Positions 1 to 9,664 are shown, numbered from the stretch's first letter. The stretch: 64,000 nucleotides of DNA from Rhabdothermincola salaria (GCF_021246445.1 NZ_JAJQXW010000001.1:1134168-1198167); one strand, 5' to 3'. The notes: generated by a model from the sequence alone, not told the origin. A program made the numbers and translations.

Positions 1-13
1 TGTGATCGGGATT

Positions 14-502
14 CTACCCCTCGACCACCACGACCGGCTCCTCCTGGACCGATCCGTCGACGATCCGGTAGGAGCGCAGGGCCGCCACCCCGGTGCGGAA
101 CGACACGATCACGTAGTGCCAGGCGGGGTCGGGGGCCTGGGCGACGTCGGTCGGCGAGGGGTACGGCTCGGTGTGGGTGTGGGAGTGCACCACCCCGAGG
201 ATCTCGAGCCCCCGGTCCTCGGCGTCGCGGTCGGCACGGAGGTGGTCGCGGGGTTCGACCGTGTAGATGCGGCTGGAGGCAGCGGCGTTGGCCGTCGGGT
301 AGAAGCGGGTGGCCTCGGTGGCGCCGGTGGAGCCGCCCCGGACGTCTCGTGACGAGCCGTGGCGAACGTCGGCGTCGATGCCGGAAGGAGGATCCGCGGT
401 CGGGCGGAGCGGACCGGCCAGCAGCCCGCACGCCTCGTCGGGCATGCCGTCGAGGAGGTGGCCGACGATGGCCAGGTGGGCGCTCCGAGCGAGGTGCAAC
501 AC
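14..502 (-). CDS. M67/JAMM family metallopeptidase (Mec-like CysO-cysteine peptidase)
   Basis: PDEACGLLAG and JAMM motif HSHTHTEPYPSPTD; GTG start at 502 preceded by TAGGGT -10-like hexamer. Confidence 0.85.
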   Translation of the reverse strand: MLHLARSAHLAIVGHLLDGMPDEACGLLAGPLRPTADPPSGIDADVRHGSSRDVRGGSTGATEATRFYPTANAAASSRIYTVEPRDHLRADRDAEDRGLEILGVVHSHTHTEPYPSPTDVAQAPDPAWHYVIVSFRTGVAALRSYRIVDGSVQEEPVVVVEG

Positions 503-838
503 GGCGCTCGACCCTAGTGCCCTGACCGCTCGGATCGGCCGACCCGGACGGGCTCGCGCTCGAACCGCCGCTCCGACCCGTCGTGGCCGCGTCAGTGGCG
601 CGACCATCGATCCCACGCCGCCCGTCGGGCCCGGATCAGAGATCGGCCGACGGCCGTGATCCGGACACGCCGGCCGTCGCGGAGTGTGAGCGGCGCCGGG
701 TGCGGCTCGGCGTTCGAAACCGGAGGTCGGGTGGGGATGGGTTCCCCCCACCCGACCTCCCACCACGGTGCGGATCGGCGCCGGGGTGGCGGCGCTCCGC
801 CGGATCGTCGCCTGTGGGTCGGTAGCCTCGGAGGCTCC

Positions 839-1354
839 ATGAGCGCATCGGCCAAGAAGGCACCCAAGATCACCAGCGGCAGGGACGGCACCGTGAAGGT
901 CGTGGCCACCAACCGTTCGGCGCGCCACGACTACACCATCCTCGACACCATCGAGGCCGGCCTGGTGCTGCGGGGCAGCGAGGTCAAGTCGCTGCGTGAG
1001 GCCCAGGTGCAGCTCAAGGAGGCTCATGGCCGCATCGACGGCCACGAAGCGTGGGTGGTGGGGATGCACATCTCGCCCTACGGGGCCACCGGAGTGCACG
1101 ACCTCGCCGAACCGGATCGCAAGCGCAAGCTGCTGCTCAACCGCAGCGAGATCGACCGTCTCAAGCTGCGCATGGACCTCGAGCGCCTCACGCTCGTACC
1201 ACTTGTCCTCTACTTCAAGGACGGGCGAGCGAAGCTGGAGCTGGGGCTGGCCAAGGGCCGCACCAAGGGCGACAAGCGCCAGGCGATCGCCGAGCGCGAT
1301 GCCCTGCGCGAAGCGCAGAAGGAGATGGGTCGGGCCCGCAAGGGCCTCGACTGA
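839..1354 (+). CDS. smpB: SsrA-binding protein SmpB
   Basis: NRSARHDY..EAGLVLRGSEVKSLR, RKRKLLL, LELGLAKGR motifs; GGAGG RBS before ATG 839; tmRNA nearby. Confidence 0.97.
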   Translation: MSASAKKAPKITSGRDGTVKVVATNRSARHDYTILDTIEAGLVLRGSEVKSLREAQVQLKEAHGRIDGHEAWVVGMHISPYGATGVHDLAEPDRKRKLLLNRSEIDRLKLRMDLERLTLVPLVLYFKDGRAKLELGLAKGRTKGDKRQAIAERDALREAQKEMGRARKGLD

Positions 1355-1387
1355 GCGTTCGTCGGGCTCCCACGAGGGGACGGGCGC

Positions 1388-2131
1388 TCAGCGGCCGTCC
1401 CCCGTGGAGGGGCCCGCCACGAAGTCCTGGAGCCGGTCCACCTTCGATCGCCACCGGGCGTCGAACCTGGCCTCGCGCCGGGCCGCCTTCTCCCGTTTGC
1501 GGGGGTGAGCCTCGTAGCGCTTGTGGTCCCAGGGCGAGCCGGGTCGCGCCACCCGGACGGCGGCGATGTAGCCCACCAAGGGGAAGACGAACGCTCCCAC
1601 CAGAGCCGCGCCGAGCTTGCCCTTCAGAGCCGCCAGGACGGCCACACCCAGGTTGAGCACCACCACGCCGATCAGGACGATCCGGGTGACGAGGTCGTCG
1701 TCTCCGTCGTCGATGCCGACCGGCGAGCCCACCACGATGGCCAGGAAGAGCACCGCAGCCAGCACGAAGACCACGTCGACCGACAGTCGGCCCTGCTCCT
1801 CCCAGTAGACGTCGTCGAGGTGCAGGACGAGGGCGAACTCGTCGAGGACGAGCGCCAGACCCATGCCGAACACGACACCGGCCACGTGCAGCCAGCCATC
1901 GGCTTCGGTGCGCAGCGCGACCAGGCCGCTGAGCACCATCAGCACCAGGCCGGGCACCACGTGGTGGATGTGCACGCCGCCGACGCTGTTGTTGGAGAAA
2001 GGACCCCTGCCGGACCGGATCATGCGGGTGATGAGCCGGGTGACCACGAAGGTCACGATGAAGGCGACCAGGCACAACAGCAGCGGGAGCTTGCCTGCGT
2101 CGACGATGTCGTCGCGCCACCAGTCAGCCAC
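1388..2131 (-). CDS. Conserved actinobacterial integral membrane protein
   Basis: Multiple TM segments; GGVHIHHVVPG and LVLDEFALVLHLDDVYW motifs. Confidence 0.8.
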   Translation of the reverse strand: MADWWRDDIVDAGKLPLLLCLVAFIVTFVVTRLITRMIRSGRGPFSNNSVGGVHIHHVVPGLVLMVLSGLVALRTEADGWLHVAGVVFGMGLALVLDEFALVLHLDDVYWEEQGRLSVDVVFVLAAVLFLAIVVGSPVGIDDGDDDLVTRIVLIGVVVLNLGVAVLAALKGKLGAALVGAFVFPLVGYIAAVRVARPGSPWDHKRYEAHPRKREKAARREARFDARWRSKVDRLQDFVAGPSTGDGR

Positions 2132-2232
2132 GGCGACCCCGCCGCCCGGTCAGCGGTGTCGGCGGCACCCGGCCACCCCGGGCCCGAGATGGGTGGGCAC
2201 GACGGCCCGCGTCCCGCCACCCATCCCGTCGC

Positions 2233-2526
2233 TCAGTCGTCGGCGCCGGCGATGGGGCCGTCGCGGTGCAGATACTCCTCGATCTGGCCGGAGAAGTCCT
2301 CGTCGTTGCGGCGCATCCACTCGATGATCATGGCGGCGTGCTCCATCTCCTCGCGCATGTTGTGCAGGAGGATCTCCTTGAGCTCGCCGTTGTCGCAGTC
2401 GTCGGCCCGCTGGCGGTACCAGTCGACAGCCTCGAGCTCCTCCATGAGCGAGCTGATGGCCTGGTGCATGGCCAGGGTGTGGTCGCTGAGTCGTTCGCGG
2501 GGTGCGTGAAGGGATTCGCTTGGCAT
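2233..2526 (-). CDS. Encapsulin-associated ferritin-like protein (EncFtn/Flp type)
   Basis: 97 aa; HQAISSLMEELEAVDWYRQR and HNMREEMEHAAM ferroxidase motifs; TAGATT 7 nt before ATG. Confidence 0.9.
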   Translation of the reverse strand: MPSESLHAPRERLSDHTLAMHQAISSLMEELEAVDWYRQRADDCDNGELKEILLHNMREEMEHAAMIIEWMRRNDEDFSGQIEEYLHRDGPIAGADD

Positions 2527-2552
2527 GCGTTCGAATCTAGGCCCGTGCCGTC

Positions 2553-3020
2553 TCAGTTGCCGACGGGGGCGTAGCGCCAGCGATGGGTGGGCCCGGTGCC
2601 GGCTGCGTGCTCCATGGACTGCACGTCGAACCAGATCGGCAGCAGGTACTTCAGGTAGAAGGCGTGCACCACGACGTTGCCGGTGTGCAGGTCGTCGTAG
2701 ACCTTGAGGCGCAGGCGATCGTCCTTGTCCTGCCACCGCCGGCACGCCTCGAGGATCTCGTCGACCTCGTCGCGCGTCTCGCACAGCAGTCCGAGGTGGT
2801 CGTAGCCAGGGGCGGAGAGCGGACGGTCGTGCTCGGCCACCAGGATGAACTGCCCGTCGTCGGGGCGCATGAGGAACTGGTTGCCGCCGACGATCTCGAC
2901 GTCCATCGTCTCCCAGCCGAGCACGTCGCCGTAGAAGGCGGTGAGGTCGGCGCGCATCTGCGCGTCGAGCGTGCCACGCGGCACCGTGAGCTCCATGTGG
3001 TTGAACCTGACCTGGGTCAT
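2553..3020 (-). CDS. VOC (glyoxalase/dioxygenase) family protein
   Basis: FNHMELTV...FYGDVLGW and DHLGLLCET beta-alpha-beta-beta-beta pattern. Confidence 0.75.
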   Translation of the reverse strand: MTQVRFNHMELTVPRGTLDAQMRADLTAFYGDVLGWETMDVEIVGGNQFLMRPDDGQFILVAEHDRPLSAPGYDHLGLLCETRDEVDEILEACRRWQDKDDRLRLKVYDDLHTGNVVVHAFYLKYLLPIWFDVQSMEHAAGTGPTHRWRYAPVGN

Positions 3021-3107
3021 CTCGATCCCCTGACCCGTGCTCCCCCCGAGCACGACAGCGCCGAGTCTGGCAGACGAGCGCCCCTCGGCAGCGAGGGCGC
3101 GGCCCGC

Positions 3108-3113
3108 TATCGT
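3108..3113 (+). promoter_or_regulatory. Putative sigma-A -10 element of ssrA
   Basis: TATCGT about 40 nt upstream of the tmRNA 5' end. Confidence 0.45.
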
Positions 3114-3151
3114 GGGAACCCCGCCGGAGACAAGGCGGACTTCACGATCAC

Positions 3152-3537
3152 GGGGCTGATCGGTTTCGACGTTGAGACCGGGAGCTGGATCGTGCGACCC
3201 GAGTTGCCTCAGACTCGCTAAACGGGGGCAACACATGAACCGCCGATGAGCAGTTCACTCTCGCAGCCTGATCTAGATCAGACCTAGAGAGCCACAGTGA
3301 CCAGCAATGGCGCACGGGGCCTACTCACCGCAGCCCGGCAACAGAAGCGGGGAGTGACAGCCTGAAAGAAGGCTGACGGCGAGAAAGACCGCTGACCTCG
3401 GGGAAAGACCCGGCGGTGGGGCTCCGGCCCCAGCTGACCCGGCAGTGCGGTAACCGTGAGCCGCAAGCTCGGGAATGGTCGTAGCGCGGACAGTTGCCAC
3501 TCGGCGGACGGGGGTTCGATTCCCCCCAGCTCCACCA
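3152..3537 (+). ncRNA. ssrA: tmRNA; tag peptide (A)ADEQFTLAA encoded at 3242-3271
   Basis: 5' GGGGCTGATCGGTTTCGAC; 3' GGGGTTCGATTCCCCCCAGCTCCACCA T-arm and acceptor stem with G3-U wobble; internal ORF ending LAA-stop. Confidence 0.97.
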
Positions 3538-3584
3538 ACCAACCAAACCAACCAACCAACCAAACCAACCAACCAACCCAAACC
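3535..3584 (+). repeat. (CCAA/CCAAA)n microsatellite starting at the tmRNA CCA end
   Basis: ccaa ccaa ccaaa ccaa ccaa ccaa ccaaa ccaa ccaa ccaa cccaaa cc. Confidence 0.95.
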
Positions 3585-3644
3585 GAGCGGCCGAGCGGGC
3601 CACACCACGGGGCACCACCCACCACGACCGCTCCTCGGTTGGCG

Positions 3645-5732
3645 TCAGGTCGCGAGGAGTTCCCTGAACTCCGTGCCGGGCATGGGCCTGCCGAACAGGT
3701 AGCCCTGAGCGAGCTGTACGCCGAGCTCGCGTAGCGCAGTCTCCTCGGAGGGGGCCTCCACCCCCTCGGCGACGACATCCATTCCGAGGGTCTCGCCGAG
3801 TGCGACGACGACGCCCGCGACGCGCGCGGACCGCCCATCATCGAGCCGACTCACGAACTGGCGGTCCAGTTTGACCGTGTCGGCCGGAAGCTGGGCCAGG
3901 TACGCGAGCGAGGAGTACCCGGTCCCGAAGTCGTCGATGCCGATGCGCGCGCCTGCTTCGCGGAGCTCGCGCAGGACGGCACGCGACCCATCGTCCTCGC
4001 TCATGATCACGCTCTCCGTGAGCTCGAGCAGCACGGAGACCCCACCGGGTAGGCCATCGAGGACTTCGGTGACGTCGGCGACGATCGCCCGTCCCTGCAG
4101 CTGCACGGCCGAGACGTTCACGTGAATGGCGAAGTTGCCCCTGACGAGCCCGTCCCCGGCCCATTCGCGCACCTGGTTGACCGCATCGTGGAGCACCTGT
4201 GTGCCGAGGTCGTCGATGAGCCCCGCGTTCTCGGCGATGGGGACGAACGTCGCCGGCCCGATGGAGCCCCGTTCGGGGTGCGACCAGCGAGCCAGCGCTT
4301 CTGCTCCGACGATGCTGTGGTCGTCGAGGAACACGATCGGTTGGAAGGCGACGTCGATGTGGCCGTCGCCCAGTGCCTGGCGGAGATCGGACTCGAGGCG
4401 GAGATGGTCCAGCGCCGCCTCCTGCAACTCGGGCGTGTAGAACTCGATGCCGTCGCCGCGCAACTTGGCTTCGTGCATCGCCGTGTCAGCGGCCTGGAGG
4501 AGATCGGAGGTGCTGCCGCCGACGAGCTCGAGGTCCGGTCCGCCGGCGAGTCCCACGGATGCGGCCACCGTGATCGTGGTCCCGCCGACCTCCACTGGTA
4601 TCGAGAACGGCTCGGAGACACGCCTCGCGACCGCGAGAGCCTCTTCGACGTCCTCGACGTCGTCGACGAGGACGACGAACTCGTCGCCGCCGAAGCGGGC
4701 GACCGTGTCCTGCGGTCGCACCGCGGCCCGGAGTCGTGCTGCGATCTCGACGAGCAGTTCGTCGCCAGCGTGGTGCCCGAAGGAGTCGTTCACCGCCTTG
4801 AAGCGGTCGATGTCGAGGAACATGACCATGGGCCGGGCCCCGGTCCGGGTCCTGCTGACGAGCGCATGATCGAGACGGTCACGGAGCAGGCTCCGGTTCG
4901 GCAGCCCGGTGAGCTCGTCGAACAGGACCCGGCGCCGCAGGTCCTCTTGGTCGTTGGTCCAGCGGGTGACGTCCTGGGCGAACCCGGCCAAGGCGGGCTC
5001 GCCGTCCCAGCTCAACGCCAGGAAGCGGATCTCGAGCACCACGTCGTCGCCGTCCGGGCCGGAAAGGCGGACCTGGACGTCGGCACCGCGATCGTGCTGG
5101 CTGGTCCTCCGCAGCACGTCCTCGAGCCTCGGGCGTCCCTCGGGTCGGACGAGGTCGACGAAGGACCGGCCGAGTAGCTCGGTGCCCGGTGCCTCGAAGA
5201 GCTTGACCGAAGCGCTGTTGACGTAGATCACCTGGTGGTCGGTGTCGAGCACCAGGACCGGGGAGGGGACGAGGCTCAGAAGCCGCTGGTGCCTGGTGCT
5301 GAGCGCGAGGGCGACCTCGAACTCCTTGCGGTCGGTCACGTCGCGAAAGGTGACGACGGAGCCTGACACGGCGTCCTGAGCCTCCTCGAGGCTCCGCGAG
5401 TACATCTCCATCGTCCGCCACGAACCGTCGGCGTGGCGCATCCGGCACTCGACCGCGTCGCCCCAGTTGAGCTCCGAGGACGCCTGGTCCAAGAGGTGGG
5501 TGGCCCGCTCGCGGTCCTCGTCGTGGAACAGGCCCGTGAGATCGCCGTCTTTGATCTCTTCGCTCTCCCGGCCGAGCAGGCGCCATGCCGACGGGCTCAC
5601 GTACCGGACCGCTCTGTCGTCGTCGAGAAGGACGAGGATGTCCGAACAGGCCGGGATGAGCAGGGTGCCGTACTCGGCGTACTCGAGCTCCGTCTGCGCC
5701 CGGTCGACCGTGGAGTCGTCCCGTGAGCTCAT
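3645..5732 (-). CDS. PAS-PAS-GGDEF-EAL diguanylate cyclase/phosphodiesterase
   Basis: Two PAS domains; RPQDTVARFGGDEF (RxxD I-site); GAEALARW; IDDFGTGYSSL. Confidence 0.95.
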   Translation of the reverse strand: MSSRDDSTVDRAQTELEYAEYGTLLIPACSDILVLLDDDRAVRYVSPSAWRLLGRESEEIKDGDLTGLFHDEDRERATHLLDQASSELNWGDAVECRMRHADGSWRTMEMYSRSLEEAQDAVSGSVVTFRDVTDRKEFEVALALSTRHQRLLSLVPSPVLVLDTDHQVIYVNSASVKLFEAPGTELLGRSFVDLVRPEGRPRLEDVLRRTSQHDRGADVQVRLSGPDGDDVVLEIRFLALSWDGEPALAGFAQDVTRWTNDQEDLRRRVLFDELTGLPNRSLLRDRLDHALVSRTRTGARPMVMFLDIDRFKAVNDSFGHHAGDELLVEIAARLRAAVRPQDTVARFGGDEFVVLVDDVEDVEEALAVARRVSEPFSIPVEVGGTTITVAASVGLAGGPDLELVGGSTSDLLQAADTAMHEAKLRGDGIEFYTPELQEAALDHLRLESDLRQALGDGHIDVAFQPIVFLDDHSIVGAEALARWSHPERGSIGPATFVPIAENAGLIDDLGTQVLHDAVNQVREWAGDGLVRGNFAIHVNVSAVQLQGRAIVADVTEVLDGLPGGVSVLLELTESVIMSEDDGSRAVLRELREAGARIGIDDFGTGYSSLAYLAQLPADTVKLDRQFVSRLDDGRSARVAGVVVALGETLGMDVVAEGVEAPSEETALRELGVQLAQGYLFGRPMPGTEFRELLAT

Positions 5733-5854
5733 CCGCGTCCGCCTGTCGCACCCATGGCGGCGTTCCTACCCGTCCGAGGCTCTCAGGAGTTCCCGCCGGC
5801 CGCCCGGGAACGGCCGGCGCACCACAGATGGGCTCCACGCGGTCGCCTACGCCC

Positions 5855-7111
5855 TCAACTCACGGCGTCGACGCCTTCTGCGCCGAAGGCACCTCCGGTG
5901 ATGGGGTCGTCGAGGAGAGCCGTCTCGAGCGGGTAGATCTCGACCAGCGCGTCCGCCGGACCAGGGCGACCGAAGAACCAGCCCTGTCCGCAATCGACAC
6001 CGGCCTGCGCCAGCACGATTGCGTCCTCGAGGGTCTCGATGCCCTCGGCGACCACGAGCGCCCCGACGGAGTGGGCGAACTCGACGAGCGACCCGGCGAG
6101 GGTCCGCAACACCCGGTCGCCGGCCACACCCGCCACGATGGTGCGGTCGAGCTTGACCATGTCCGGGGCGGTCTGGACGATGTGGCGGAGCGACGAGAAC
6201 CCCGCGCCGACGTCGTCGATGGCCAGGCGCATGCCGGCCTCCCGCAACGGGGCGAGCACCGTGGCCAGCTCGTCGTAGTCGCGCACGGCCTCGTGCTCGG
6301 AGAGCTCGAGCACGACGCGCTCCGCCGGGACGTCGGCGAGCAGCTCCAGGCACCGCGAGTCGAGCAGCGTGGCCGGCGAGAAGTTGATCGCCACGTAGCC
6401 CGGCACGTCCCACAGGTGCGCCGCCGCGTTGCGGAAGGCCAGGATCTCCAGCTCGAACCCCACGCCGATCGACGCCGCTTCGTCGAACACCACGTCCGGG
6501 GCCTTCGACCACTCCCGAGGGAACCGACTCAGTGCCTCCGCACCGAGACGTCGACCGCTCGACAACGACACGATCGGCTGCAGGACGACCGTCGGCCCAC
6601 CCGAGCTCATGACGGGCGTCAACCGAGCCCGGATCTCGTCACCGCGGCGGCGCTCCTGCACGCCGGGTTCGATCACCGTCGCCGCCACTCGGGCCAGGAC
6701 CTCCATGATCGCCTGATCACGACGGCTCAGCCCATCCGACGCGAAGCACGCGGCGCAGAACGTTCCGTCCAGCGTGCCGTCGCTCTAGCGAACCGGGACC
6801 GAGACGAAGCTGCGGATCCTCGGGAAGCGGGCGGCCGGCAGCCGCTTCGCCTCCGGCAGCTTGGCCACGTCGGGGATCACGTTCGGCAGCCTCCCATCGA
6901 GGATCGCCTGGCAGAACGACGTCTGCTGCGGCTGCGTCTGCCCGTCTCGGAAGAGCGGGGTCGCCGACTCCACGACCTCGAGGTGCTGCCTCTGGCCGTC
7001 CAGGCGGCTGAGGAAGGTGAGGCTGTGCCCCAGGGAGTCCTTCGCGGCACGAAGCAGCTCGGCGACCTTCTCGTCGGCGTCCGAGCGTGCCCCGCGTCGT
7101 CCCATCCCCAT
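5855..7111 (-). pseudogene. GAF-EAL phosphodiesterase interrupted by an in-frame TAG at 6785-6787 (EAL part 5855-6706 still open)
   Basis: GAF-like N-part (SFCQAILDGRLPNVIPD..FVSVPVR*SDGTLDGTFCAA) continues in the same frame into EAL (GAEALSRF, IDDVGAG, AEGIE). Confidence 0.75.
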
Positions 7112-7148
7112 GTTCTCGGGATGGGCGGCCCCCGGCCTGAGCGATTCC

Positions 7149-7200
7149 GTGGGGTCCACCCCGTGCCGTGCGGTGTGGGGTCCACCCCGTGCCGTGCGGT
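7149..7200. repeat. Perfect 26-bp tandem duplication
   Basis: gtggggtccaccccgtgccgtgcggt x2 (7149-7174, 7175-7200). Confidence 0.95.
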
Positions 7201-7321
7201 GCGGAACCCTTGGCGGTGACGGTCCCTCGGTGGCGCGCCCCGCCACCCGCCGACCTCGGGTCGGGGTCGATCGGCGGGCCGGCGGGTAGGGACCGGGAGT
7301 CCGCGACGATCGGAGAGCCCC

Positions 7322-7906
7322 ATGCCCACGAACCACCTCGACGGTGCTGCTGTCGCCTTCCTCGTCGCCAACGAGGGCGTCGAGCAGGTCGAGCTGACCG
7401 AGCCCTGGAAGGCGGTCGAGCAGGCCGGTGGCAGACCCGTGCTCGTCGCCCCCGAGTCGGGTGACGTGCAGGCCTTCGACCACCTCGACAAGGCCGACAC
7501 CTTCACGGTGGACCGCACCGTCCCCGACGTCTCGCCCCACGACTTCGTCGGTCTCGTGCTCCCCGGTGGCGTCGCCAACCCCGACCAGCTGCGCACCGAC
7601 CCCCACGCCGTCAACCTGGTGCGCACCTTCGTCGACGCCGGCAAGCCCGTGGCCGCCATCTGCCACGCCCCGTGGATGCTGATCGACGCCGCGGTCGCCC
7701 GCAACCGCCTGCTCACCAGCTGGCCGAGCCTGCGCATCGACCTCAGGAACGCAGGCGCCAACTGGGTCGACGCCGAGGTCATGGTCTGCCGCAACGGGCC
7801 CAACACCTTGATCACCTCCCGCAACCCGGGCGACCTCCCGGCCTTCTGCGGGGCCCTGCTCGAGGAGCTCGCCGGGGCTCGGGAGCGCACCGCCACCCGG
7901 TCCTGA
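7322..7906 (+). CDS. PfpI/DJ-1 family type 1 glutamine amidotransferase-like protein
   Basis: GVEQVEL, LVLPGGVANPDQLR, AAICHAPW, ITSRNPGDL. Confidence 0.93.
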   Translation: MPTNHLDGAAVAFLVANEGVEQVELTEPWKAVEQAGGRPVLVAPESGDVQAFDHLDKADTFTVDRTVPDVSPHDFVGLVLPGGVANPDQLRTDPHAVNLVRTFVDAGKPVAAICHAPWMLIDAAVARNRLLTSWPSLRIDLRNAGANWVDAEVMVCRNGPNTLITSRNPGDLPAFCGALLEELAGARERTATRS

Positions 7907-7957
7907 TCCCGTTCGCTCGCTCGGGGGCGGGCCGCCGGTTGGTTAGGTTCGGAGCTC

Positions 7958-8770
7958 GTGACGGACATCCCCACCGACCTCACCAGCGTTCCGGCCCGGA
8001 TCGGCGTCGAGTTCGCCGTCGTCGACGGCCAGCTCGTCGGATCCCTCCTCCCCCACCCAGGGCTGTGCGAGCGGGGCCTGCTCCCCATCGCCGCGCTCGT
8101 GTACCTGTCCGACGCGGTGGCCGGCATCACCATCGACACCGACCCCGACACCTGGGCCTTCACCTCCCAGCTCTCGGTACGCCGGCCGCTCGTCGCCTCG
8201 CCCCGCCCGGTCGAGGCCCGGACCACCACGTTGCGCGGCGGCTCGAGGTCGACGACCTGTGAGGTGGCGCTGAGGGTCGACGGCGCCGAGTGGGGGACGT
8301 CGATCGCCGGGTTCGCCCGGGTCCCGCGACGCGAAGGCGACCCACCCAAGGTGATGTTCGACCTGGCGGACGTCCCTCGGGACTTCGGGCTCCCACCCCT
8401 GGAGGAGCCGCTGCGCCGGGCAGCCGGCTTCGAATCGGTCGACCCGGCGTCGGGGATCGTTCGCGTCGCACTCTCCCCCGCCATCGCCAACCCGGCCGGG
8501 GCCATGCAGGGCGGCATCGTCGCCGGGCTGGCCGAGGCGGCCGCCGAGGACCTGGCCGACCACCACCGGGCATGCGGCACGGACCGCCACGCGGTGTCCG
8601 ACATCGAGGTCTTCTACCTCGCCCAGAACCGGGTCTCACCCATCGCCACCCGGGCTCGCTTCGTGGGCCCACCCGACCAGGGCACCATCCGCGTCGACCT
8701 CGTCGACGACGACGGACGGGGCCGGGTCACCACCGCCGTCGTGCTGCGCGTCGGACCCGCCCCGGGCTGA
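7958..8770 (+). CDS. PaaI-like double hotdog thioesterase
   Basis: Two hotdog repeats; NPAGAMQGG motif. Confidence 0.75.
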   Translation: MTDIPTDLTSVPARIGVEFAVVDGQLVGSLLPHPGLCERGLLPIAALVYLSDAVAGITIDTDPDTWAFTSQLSVRRPLVASPRPVEARTTTLRGGSRSTTCEVALRVDGAEWGTSIAGFARVPRREGDPPKVMFDLADVPRDFGLPPLEEPLRRAAGFESVDPASGIVRVALSPAIANPAGAMQGGIVAGLAEAAAEDLADHHRACGTDRHAVSDIEVFYLAQNRVSPIATRARFVGPPDQGTIRVDLVDDDGRGRVTTAVVLRVGPAPG

Positions 8771-8833
8771 CGACGAGCACCCGCACACGACACTCGTACC
8801 GAGCCCGCCGGACCGGGCGATGGCGGGCCGCCC

Positions 8834-9577
8834 TCAGGACGGTGGGGTCGGGGGCGCGATGTCGTCGATGACGAGGCGACGAGCCCTCAGCGCCTCGTAC
8901 GTCGGCCGGGCGGCCTCGATGGCGCGGCGCACGCGCTCGTCGTCCACGGTCGGCGGTTCGGGATCGGGTGGCCGGAAACCGGCCGACGAGGCGGTGGAGC
9001 CGTGCCAGTCCTGCCAGCGCTCCCAACCGTCCGTCATCCCCGGCTCCCAGGCCAACGCCTCTGGCCGGAAGGCCAGACCGACCCGCTCGCACCAGGCCTG
9101 CAGCACCGCTTCGGGGCGGCGTCGCACGTCGTCGGAGTCCAACACCACCGCCTCGTGCCCAGCGTCTTCCACCCGGGCGACCAACCGTTCCACCGCGTCG
9201 AAGCCCACCTCCTCGGCGGTGAAGTCCGGCCAGCCCCTCGCCAGCGACGGGACCGACCAGGCCGGGTCTCGCACCAGGAACGTGTGACGGCACCCGTCCA
9301 ACAGCGTGGCGTCGACCGCGGGCAGCGCCTGGTAGGCCATGTCCTTGACGAAGGTGGGCCGCTCCCGTGCAGCACGCAGCAGCTCGGAGCGCACGGCGGA
9401 GAAGGTCGCCTCCGGGGCGCTGCACCCGAACCGCTCGGACCGGGCCTCGGGCCCGTCGTAGTACGCCGCGGAGAACGGCTCGCTCACCACGACGAGGTCG
9501 CCCCGCTCGGCGACCATGCGCTCGAACGCCGTCGACGCGCTGCGAGGCACGGCCCAGAGGGCCAACAACGGGGGCAT
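8834..9577 (-). CDS. Sulfotransferase-like protein (P-loop, WAVPRS type)
   Basis: LWAVPRSASTAFER, VKDMAY, FLVRDP, WH..TASSAGF. Confidence 0.85.
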   Translation of the reverse strand: MPPLLALWAVPRSASTAFERMVAERGDLVVVSEPFSAAYYDGPEARSERFGCSAPEATFSAVRSELLRAARERPTFVKDMAYQALPAVDATLLDGCRHTFLVRDPAWSVPSLARGWPDFTAEEVGFDAVERLVARVEDAGHEAVVLDSDDVRRRPEAVLQAWCERVGLAFRPEALAWEPGMTDGWERWQDWHGSTASSAGFRPPDPEPPTVDDERVRRAIEAARPTYEALRARRLVIDDIAPPTPPS

Positions 9578-9664
9578 CGACCGAGCGTAGCCATCGGCCC
9601 TCGGCGGTGACCGAGACCGTCCCGTAGGGTCACCGGCGCACGCGCACTCGCCCGAGGGGGGCAC

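Noticed and set aside
503..1099. Long N-terminal extension of the JAMM peptidase ORF
   Set aside because: Overlaps smpB antisense; recognisable domain and a -10 element support a start at 502
3535..3584. CRISPR array or coding repeat (ORF-track peptides rich in NQPT or WLVG)
   Set aside because: Units are 4-5 nt with no spacers and no cas genes; those ORFs overlap tmRNA and are shadows
6785..6787. Pyrrolysine or genome-wide amber recoding
   Set aside because: TAG is used as a normal stop for other genes here (e.g. carbonic anhydrase, secA, PGI/PMI) and no pyl genes are present
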